Source of the DNA: Epithemia pelagica
Taxonomy: Eukaryota > Protista > Bacillariophyta
Assembly: GCA_946965045.2 (NCBI GenBank)
Contig: OX337238.1
Span: 3,100,001-3,164,000, forward strand
Length of the DNA stretch: 64,000 nucleotides
Direction: 5' to 3'
Position 1 is the first letter of the stretch; every line of letters begins with the position of its first letter. This document shows positions 55,896-64,000 of the stretch, one piece after another. Under the pieces are notes generated by a model. The model saw only the letters and a program-made list of their open reading frames with translations. It was not told where the DNA came from and did no database searches. Made by a program: the position numbers and the translations under genes.

Positions 55896-56087
55896 AGTAT
55901 GTGAAACAAACATTCGTAGTGCAAGCCACCAAGGTTACAGAGTTTGAACAACTATCTTCTTTCACTCGCGTTCTCATAACGTGTCATGTCATACTAGCTT
56001 ATAGCTTCATCTGTTTGTGTTGTTGTTAATGTTGTTGTTTTTGTTGTTCTTGCTGTTGTACTTTTTGGATGTTGAGAATGAAACTTT

Positions 56088-57043
56088 TTAGGCGACATAG
56101 GCAATGGTGAGACAGGGAGCCGTCATTTTGTCACCGTCAAAGGACGAAAAGTCAAAGCCATCCCCGCCCTCGTTGATGAGGATCCATCCATAGTTGGACG
56201 ATGGATTGCTCGTCCAATACGCCACATCGGCCGACACATCAGTCGTCACCTTGTCTCCAATCGCAATGTCGGTCGGCAAGGTAAAGGACGGATCGGCTTC
56301 ATAGTCAATGCCCGCCACGGGTCCATTCTCCGAAAAGGAGGACCACGTGGATGTGGCATCCCAATCCACCAACATACGGTGTCCAGTGACGACGGTGCCA
56401 CTATCGGAGGTTACCCACAGGTCCAGAGTGGCCGCGATCGAGTCGGAAGCGGCCGAAGAGGGAACCACGGCTCCTTCAAACCACAAGAGACCCTGCGTTT
56501 CAAAATCGATAATGGTACCAATTCGCATGAGCGGTTCTTCGGGGAGGTCATCAAAGGGTTGCACTTGAGAAACGAGGGCTTCGGCACTGGGCAAATAGGC
56601 ATCGGTAGTACCATCCGTGTATGTCACCATCAAACAGGGAGCCAGCGAAGAGTTACCGGTGGTGGCGCCATGAATCAAGAGAGTTTCACGAGTAAAGGCA
56701 TCGGCAAAACAAAGAATCCATAGACGGGCGAGGTTCCATCAATATAGGACTGGACCGTACCCGTCACATTCATGTTGATAAATTCCTTGGGAGCAAAGGG
56801 TGTCGGATCATCGGAATCGGGTTGACCAATTGTGAAAATTGGACCCACTCGGTTCACGACATCGAGGAGCTGAGTGAGTTGATCAATGAGACGATCCGTG
56901 GAAGAATAGGGTCCAAGTAGTTGATAGAGTTCAATATCCAAATCTACGGGTTCGTCGGGATCCACGTCTTCAGCAAACATGCGCAAGTTTGCCGAGGCAA
57001 AGGTAAATGGATGATAGGTACTCCTATGGAATGCTATTGGCAA
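56088..57043 (-). pseudogene. Tandem two-domain DNRLRE-like gene, frameshifted
   Basis: ORF 56675..57043 (SANLRMF...INMNVTGTVQSYIDG...YGFFV) joins ORF 56088..56678 by a 1-nt shift in a T-run at ~56707. The second domain is paralogous to 44350..44934. Confidence 0.55.
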
Positions 57044-57639
57044 ACAGCCGTGTCATCGAATCATGGTCCAACTACCGAGTGACAAGGACGCTCACACAGG
57101 ATCTGTTCTTCTTTGGTGCACGGATCGAATGTCGCCTTCTCTCTTCTAGCTAGAATCGTCTTGTCGAGCGTTATTGTATGGTAGAACCTTCTTCTTTACA
57201 TGTGTGCCCGTGGTGAGCTCACGGAGGTGGTCCAACGAATCGTCACGGATCCATATCCAAAACAGAAACCAATCCAGATTGTGAACCACCCCTTACCAGG
57301 TATGTTCATTGTAAATCGACAGAGTGGAACCCTGTTCAAAACTCTAAATGCTGGAGCCGATCCATAATCCCTGGAAAGTGAGATCGAGTGGAGCATCCAT
57401 CTCTCGTACCGTCCAAACTGGCCAACATGGTCCACGACAAATCCTGTCGAGCAGGTCCATTCGTAGTCGTCGACACTGGTGAACACATTAAATTGGTATC
57501 ATCTTGCATCATTTGTCGCACAAGAGCAGCTCCCACCCAAAGAGAGTGCAACGACAGTGCACGTTAACCACAACCTTCCAAACAAGAGTAGTACGCCGTC
57601 ACAATGAAACCGGTCGTCGTCACCCTCACTCCAGTGTTT

Positions 57640-58890
57640 GGACGATTCCTCACTGTCAAGTTTGATTGCAGCCGCAATGAGGCATTGGGCCGGTCTAGAT
57701 AGAGGCGTCTTTTCGCAAGGATCGTATCGAGAAACATGATGGTTCGTTACATCCGAACTCTGCAAACAAAGAGAGATTGAGGATTTGAGACAGGTCTAAT
57801 AAAAGGAGAGCCCATGTCTTTGTGAGCTGTTGGAGTCTGGAGCTTACGTTGGAATCTTTGGAACCCCTGTGTATCTCCTCTTGTTCTCTGTTCATCCAAT
57901 GGGAATTTTGCCATTGCGTTCAAAATCTCATCTTGGTAGACCCTTCATCCATCTGGTGTGCCTCTCGCCATCATAAAGGCAGCTGAACATGGTATTGCCA
58001 TCTCAATTCCAACCACCTCTAAACGGTGTCTCATGGTATCGTTTCGAAAACTCGAGATGCCTTGCTTTCGTCTCCTCCATCCCACAAGATAGAGTAAGGA
58101 ATCATATCAAGCACGTTCCAGATCTTCACGTGTGGACAATTCCTCACTGTCAAGTTCGACCTTAGCCGCATTGAAACATGGGAACGATATAGAGGCGTCG
58201 TTGCACGCGGATCGCATCGAAAAAGGTAACACGTTGGTGCGTTCCATCCAAGGTCTGTAAAAATAAGAAAGAAAGATTGAGGATTCGAGACGGGTCTGAC
58301 AAAAATGAGAGCAGGTTTCATAGCTGTACCTTCGAGTCCCTTGCGTACCTGCTGTTCTCAGTCCATCCAGAGGAATTTCATCTTGGTAGACCATCCATCC
58401 AACTGGTGTGCTGCTCGCCATCACAAAAAGCAACAGTCATCTCAATTCGAACCACCTCTAAACGAACGGTCTCATGTCATCGTTGCCAAAACCTGAGATA
58501 CCTTGCTTTCGTCTCGTGCATGCCACAAGAGAGATGTTCGTTGGTTCGTTCCATCCGAGATCTGCAAAACCAAAAGAGATTGAGGATTGGAGACAGGTCT
58601 GATAACATGAGAGCCCATTTCTTTGTGAGCTGTTAGAGTCTGGAGCTTACATTGGAGTCCCTGGAACCCTTGTGTATCTTGATTCTGCATATCTCTGTCG
58701 TGCTCTGTTCATCCAGTGGAAATCTTGCCATTGTTTTCAAAATCTCATCTGGGTAGACCCTCCATCCAACTGGTTTGCCGCAACTGAACAGGTAATGTCA
58801 TCTCAATCCATACCATCTCTGAGCAGTCTCATGGTATCGTTGCAAAAACTGGAGATGCCTTGCTTTCGTCTGTGCCATGCCAAATGAGAG
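57640..58890. repeat. Degenerate tandem repeat, about three units of ~370-500 bp
   Basis: Recurring blocks GATTGAGGATT.GAGAC.GGTCT (~57775, 58276, 58578) and TCTTGGTAGACC..CATCCA.CTGGT...GCCTTGCTTTCGTCT (~57931, 58381, 58748). Confidence 0.8.
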
Positions 58891-59726
58891 AGGATACGCG
58901 CAACGTTCATGCCCCACCTTCCATCTCATGGTGGTGTCACGTCGAGCGTCGAACGATCCTTCCCGATCGAGTCGCAGAAAGAATGACCTCGTGTCGCGAA
59001 ACAATGCGCGACTATCTTTTTAAACAATGCGCGAAAGACATCCAAATTCCAAATACAATACAATCAATGCGCGAACGACATCCAAATAGATCCACAAATG
59101 TCTTGCGAGTGTCGTATCGTGAAGCGCCGGGTCGATCTTACTCCGACCTTGGGAAGCTAACATTCAGTTAAAAGACTGCGGATTTCTTATCCGTACTATT
59201 GCCCCGGGCGTTATTTCAGTCGCTATACATCTGTTAACGAATCGATCGATTAGGGGCATCGCGAGCACGTCCAGCCAGGTGCGCGTCTTTGGAAAAGCTA
59301 CAAAACTCCACAGCCATCTGGTTGACATTGGAAGTCAGACATGTCCGAAAAACAGCAACCTCAAATTTCAGCCGAAGACACGATCGCCCAAGCCGGGCCA
59401 TTCCCGTCCAAAGCTCGCAAGATCGTAATAATTTCATATTGCCGTCTAGATATGACCTCTAAATGACGTTATGAAACCGTTACACGGAAAAGCTATCGCC
59501 ATAGTAACTCATAAGATGCGTTGAGCTTTTGACACGGACACGGTCATGTCGCCAATCTGTACGAGGAGCGCAAAAATTGTTTAGGAGATAGCTACCATTG
59601 ATCTCCTGCCACAATCGTTCTCACTTTTTACCAACTGGTACAAACTGGAAGCAATCTAAAAGGATCCATAAATTGATTCTTTCGACGCGTCGATCCAAGC
59701 CGATTCTACAAAGAAGATAATCTATC

Positions 59727-61475
59727 ATGTCTGGTGAAGTTGGTGCCAATGGCTGGTCTGGCTTTAAGGCCGTCTACTCGATCTGTTTGTTGATCTTCTC
59801 CATCATTGTCGTGATGGCCTTGATCTTTGACGAACAGACCAGTCTTTCTGAAGATGTCCATCCTGGTTTGGCCTTTGTGTTGATCTGGGTTGCCTTGCTC
59901 TGGTTGTCTCTTGTGGAAGGAGGACAAGCCTCCATGGTTGGTCTTCCCCCTATCGACCGTGAACTCTACCGTGACAGTCACCCTATTTCCTTCCGTATCT
60001 GCGACCACGGACACAAGGGAGATAACTTGGACCGTTACCTCATGGGTCGTCAATTCATGGTGTTGGCCTTGGTGTTCGTTATCAACTTGTCTGGAGCCCC
60101 TATTGAAGACGCTTCCGTTCTCAACCTTCCTGATCCTCTTGCCAATGCGTTCCTCAAGTCCGGTTTGGCCATGATCCTCATGACTTGTATGATTGGTCAA
60201 TTGAACACTCAAGTGAATGCCTCGCATTGTATGCTTGACTTTATCAATGACTGGGGTAACTGGTTCACTGTCAAGGTTGCCATGGCCATTGAAGCTTCTG
60301 GTTTGTTGCATGCCTCGTACTTGATCCAAATGATTGTCGCTGGATTGGCCGGCAAGCCCATTGAATCGAACGAAGAACCCCGTGATGCTTTCATGAACAT
60401 TTTGTTCTGGGGCCGTGTCTTGATGTCGGTTGGTATTTTGACGTTTGCCTTTGTTGCTACTTTTGCCGCTTTGTTTGATGGCAAGACCACCATGTGGGAC
60501 GGTGTACCAGAAGTTGTGGCCGTTGTCTTGTTCTTCTTGTTGATGGCCGTTGTTGGTATGTTGGAAGGTATGCAAATTGCCTTTTTCGCTGTTGCCAAGT
60601 TGACGGATGAAGAACGTAACTCGTCAGTGTGGGCCTCTCGTACCTGCAACTTGTTGTTCCAAGGTGAAGGTCACAACTTGCCAGGATTCATGGTTGGTCG
60701 TCAATTGTGCGTCGTGTCTTGTTTCTTTGTGATTGCCCGTGTGACCTCCATGGATGTCGAAGACGGTGAATCCAATGTTTTGGGTGTCTCGGATGGAGCC
60801 CAAGAATTCTTCAACACTGGTTTGTTGGGTGCCTTGATTACTACCATTGTCGCCTCGATCGCCTGGCAATTGGTTGCTTCTGCCTTCCCCGTTGCCTTTT
60901 TGTCCACTCCCATTACCTACATCTTGCTCCGCATCTGTTTGTTCTTGGAAGCCACTGGTATCTGTACCGGTGCCTGGGTGTTGGCTGCCATCCACCGCAA
61001 GGTTGCTGGTTTCCAACGTGATGAAGTGTACGTTGGTACGGCCGAAGAACGTCTTGCCATGCAACATGGTGACAAGCCTGCCCACCAATCGGAAGTCGGA
61101 CACTTGGGTGGCGGTGCCTTCCCTGCCGGCAATAACTTGCCCATGGAACACTGGATTGCCGGTGCCACCTTTACCGAACGTCGTGCCCGCATTTTGACCA
61201 ACATCAAGGATCTTCGTGCTGCCATGAAGGAAGCTTCGACGGACGAGGAGATTGAGCAATACGAGAACCAATTGCAAGGTGAGATTGCTGCCTTGAAACG
61301 TGTCAATCGTGAAGAAGGCCAATCCTTCCGAGAAAGTACCAAGGGCAAGAACATGGACTTGGGTGACCTTGGTGAAGAAGAGGAGGAAGAAATGGCGGAC
61401 GAACACGAAGTCGAAGACGTCGAAGAACAAGGAGAGGAAGAGACTGAAAGCCCCATTGCCGATGAAGAAGCATAA
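59727..61475 (+). CDS. SIT: Diatom silicon (silicic acid) transporter, 582 aa, intronless
   Basis: About 10 hydrophobic helices, four GXQ motifs (EGGQ, MGRQ, EGMQ, VGRQ), CMLD motif, C-terminal coiled coil. Confidence 0.95.
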   Translation: MSGEVGANGWSGFKAVYSICLLIFSIIVVMALIFDEQTSLSEDVHPGLAFVLIWVALLWLSLVEGGQASMVGLPPIDRELYRDSHPISFRICDHGHKGDNLDRYLMGRQFMVLALVFVINLSGAPIEDASVLNLPDPLANAFLKSGLAMILMTCMIGQLNTQVNASHCMLDFINDWGNWFTVKVAMAIEASGLLHASYLIQMIVAGLAGKPIESNEEPRDAFMNILFWGRVLMSVGILTFAFVATFAALFDGKTTMWDGVPEVVAVVLFFLLMAVVGMLEGMQIAFFAVAKLTDEERNSSVWASRTCNLLFQGEGHNLPGFMVGRQLCVVSCFFVIARVTSMDVEDGESNVLGVSDGAQEFFNTGLLGALITTIVASIAWQLVASAFPVAFLSTPITYILLRICLFLEATGICTGAWVLAAIHRKVAGFQRDEVYVGTAEERLAMQHGDKPAHQSEVGHLGGGAFPAGNNLPMEHWIAGATFTERRARILTNIKDLRAAMKEASTDEEIEQYENQLQGEIAALKRVNREEGQSFRESTKGKNMDLGDLGEEEEEEMADEHEVEDVEEQGEEETESPIADEEA

Positions 61476-61696
61476 GCATGTTCCTTTTGACTTGCTCTCC
61501 TTGAGGGATGTTGGTATGTTTGCAACTTATTGCAATACCACATGCCAATACGACTTGTCTTCCGAAATATGAAATACTTTTGGAAGAATGCTGTGATTTT
61601 TGTTTCAATGTCCGTAGATCGCATAAGCTTGAACGCTTAAAGATATGGTTTCACATCACAATTCTCTGGAAGTCTTATTCTGTAGTAGTGGTATAG

Positions 61697-62970
61697 CTAC
61701 CACGCAATGGTCGTTGTCCACTTCTTTGCGCATGAGCTGACGAGAACTAGGTACACGTGTACTCCTAGCTAGACTCTTGCCCTTGTCCCTCTGTATCGTC
61801 CCTCTTCATCTTGTGTAGTTGTCTTGCCTCCAACAAACTACGATGCGTCGGTGAGACTCCAAACACCATCATGAATAGCATGCTACCACGCAATGGCGAA
61901 ATCCAGATCGTTGTCTACTCCTTTGTGCATGAACTGATGGCAACTATAGACTCTTGCACTTGTCCCTATGTACAGCGTCCCTCTTCATCTTGTGTAGTTG
62001 TGTTGCCTCCAACAAACTGGGATGCATCGGTGAGACTCCAACCACCACCATGAATAGCACGCTACCACGCAATGGCGAAATCCAGATCGTTGTCCACTTC
62101 TTTGCACATGAGCTGATGAGAACGAGAACTAGGTACTCCTAGACTCTTGCTCTTGTCCCTTTGTACAGCGTCCCTCTTCATCTTGTGTAGTTGTGTTGCC
62201 TCCAACAAACTGGGATGCATCGGTGAGACTCCAACCACCACCATGAATAGCACGCTACCACGCAATGGCGAAATCCAGATCGTTGTCCACTTCTTTGCGC
62301 ATGAGCTGATGAGAACGAGAACTAGGTACTCCTAGACTCTTGCTCTTGTGCCTTTGTACAGCGTCCCTCTTCATCTTGTGTAGTTGTGTTGCCTCCAACA
62401 GACTGGGATGCGTCGGTGTCCACTTCTTTGTGCATGAGCTGATGAGAACTCGGTAGACTCTTGCTCTTGTCTCTCAGTATAGCATCCCTCTTCATTCTGT
62501 GATGTGTTGCCTCCAACACACTGGGATACATCGGTGAGACTCCAAACATCACCATCAATAGCACGCAATGACGAACTCCAGATCGTTTTCCACTTCTTTG
62601 TGCAAGCGCTCCTGACGTCAACTACCTAGACTCTTGATCTTGTCCTTCTGTATATCATCCCTCTTGATCTTCTGTCCATCCAACACACTGTGATACATCG
62701 GTGAGACTCTACACACCACCCAAGGACAACAAAACAATCATCAAGAACAACACGCTACCACGCAATGCCGAAATCCAGATCCTTGTCCACTCTTAGGCGT
62801 GCGCTGATGAGAATTCGACTCTTGATCTTTTGCATTGGAGCTGGTTTAGCCACAGTGGTTTTGGCTGGTGCCCTCTCTCTATAGCATCCAACAGACTGGG
62901 ATTTGGACTCCACATACCACTCAAGATCGCAACAATCATGAAGAACAACACATTGTGCCCCGCGCAACGC
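61697..62970. repeat. Tandem array of about seven 179-193 bp units
   Basis: CTACCACGCAATGGCGAAATCCAGATCG...TAGACTCTTGC...GCCTCCAACAAACTGGGATGCATCGGTGAGACTCC recurs (anchors 61697, 61883, 62062, 62255, 62561, 62755). The middle units are nearly identical. Confidence 0.9.
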
Positions 62971-63075
62971 TGCATGAACAATCGACAGGAGTGATTTCGA
63001 ACCATGAGGCGGTCCATTCTAGTTCCAATCGGGCGAGCTATTCACCATCATTTCTGGTTGCCAGTCATGGACGTC

Positions 63076-64000
63076 TCATCCCAGTTGTGGTTGTTGTTGT
63101 TGTCTTCGTTTGAGACAGGGATCTCGTTTCCACTGCTTGTTGAGAATGGATTGGACAAGGTAGGACCGGGACGAGACTGTCACCTCAGGAGCTTGGGGCA
63201 AAAAGTAATGGACCAACCAATGCGATGCATTGCGTGCTTGTTCCAACAATCCCCGACGCAAGGCATCAAAGCGTGGCGATTCACAAATATCCATGGTTGG
63301 ACGATGACGCGTCGTAGTAGTAGTGGTGGTGGTGGTGGTACGGTTGGTGGCAGACACGCCCGGTCGGAACCACGTGACCAGTGGATCCTGCTGGTCCGCG
63401 CTGGTCGTTGTAGCGGTTGTGGTGGTTGAAGTTCCAAAGGCATGTGTCAAACCCAAAAAGTGTTGCAAATCCGACAAAAAGGCTCGGGTCCGTTCGGCAT
63501 TTTGATTGTTCATTTGCGAGACTTCATACAAGAAAATGGGCCGATGTCGATGGGGATGCTGCTGTTCTTCCGAGGAAGCTGGTTGGAGTAGTGGATTGCG
63601 TTGTTGTTCTTGTTGTTGCAACAAGGTTCGTTGCAAGGATGGGGCAAAGCACGATTGGAGTTCCTCTCGGGTCAAATTGGTTTTGCCCAATCCTTGGGCC
63701 AAAAACAAGTGAAAAGTGGCCCGGTAGGTACAGCAACTGTACATGCCCTTGCGACAGCCTCCCACCAAGGATTCGGGCGGGGGCATGGGAAACCCATTGT
63801 GGACACGAAAGTTGTAAAAGGATTCAAACCACAAAATGGGATGTCGAAGTCCAATGACAAATTTGGTATCGGGAAAATACTGGGCATAGTGTGGCAAGGC
63901 CAAGGCGGTCGATTCCATATCGGCCGGACATTTCAATCCACGATGACGCCGGTCCAGAACTGTCGAGGAAGGCGGAGAGGCTAGCACTTGATCGAGAACC
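63076..64000 (-). CDS. Sulfotransferase-like (P-loop fold) protein, 3' part; 5' end outside the window
   Basis: GLKCP...YFPDTKFVIGLRHPILWFESFYNFR resembles the 3'-phosphate-binding R-x7-S region of sulfotransferases. The 5' motif is not visible. Confidence 0.5.
   Translation of the reverse strand, partial: VLDQVLASPPSSTVLDRRHRGLKCPADMESTALALPHYAQYFPDTKFVIGLRHPILWFESFYNFRVHNGFPMPPPESLVGGCRKGMYSCCTYRATFHLFLAQGLGKTNLTREELQSCFAPSLQRTLLQQQEQQRNPLLQPASSEEQQHPHRHRPIFLYEVSQMNNQNAERTRAFLSDLQHFLGLTHAFGTSTTTTATTTSADQQDPLVTWFRPGVSATNRTTTTTTTTTTRHRPTMDICESPRFDALRRGLLEQARNASHWLVHYFLPQAPEVTVSSRSYLVQSILNKQWKRDPCLKRRQQQQPQLG

Noticed and set aside
61697-62970. CRISPR array
   Set aside because: Whole units repeat with no unique spacers; eukaryotic context and no cas genes.

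Overview
Eukaryotic nuclear DNA, almost certainly a diatom (silicon transporter gene, 68-97 bp GT-AG introns). Left part (0.5-25.6 kb): a cluster of kelch-repeat genes and pseudogenes, tandemly duplicated as a ~6.5 kb block. A complete 10.4 kb tyrosine-recombinase retrotransposon (8497-18876) with split direct repeats A1...B1-A2-B2 sits at the end of the first block copy. It encodes gag-like, RT/RNaseH and an AUG-less recombinase ORF, plus two antisense cargo ORFs, and its empty target site is visible in the second copy. Middle: a three-exon gene for a 2184-aa P-loop GTPase + SecA-like ATPase + DnaJ fusion, a 2809-aa disordered repeat protein and a 789-aa unknown protein. Right part: an old inverted duplication carrying DNRLRE-like domains, a 305-bp hAT-type MITE, an intact Ty3/Gypsy element with identical LTRs and a 5-bp TSD, a SIT gene flanked by two decayed tandem arrays, and a sulfotransferase-like gene cut by the window end. 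All domain calls are motif recognition by eye; no searches were run.
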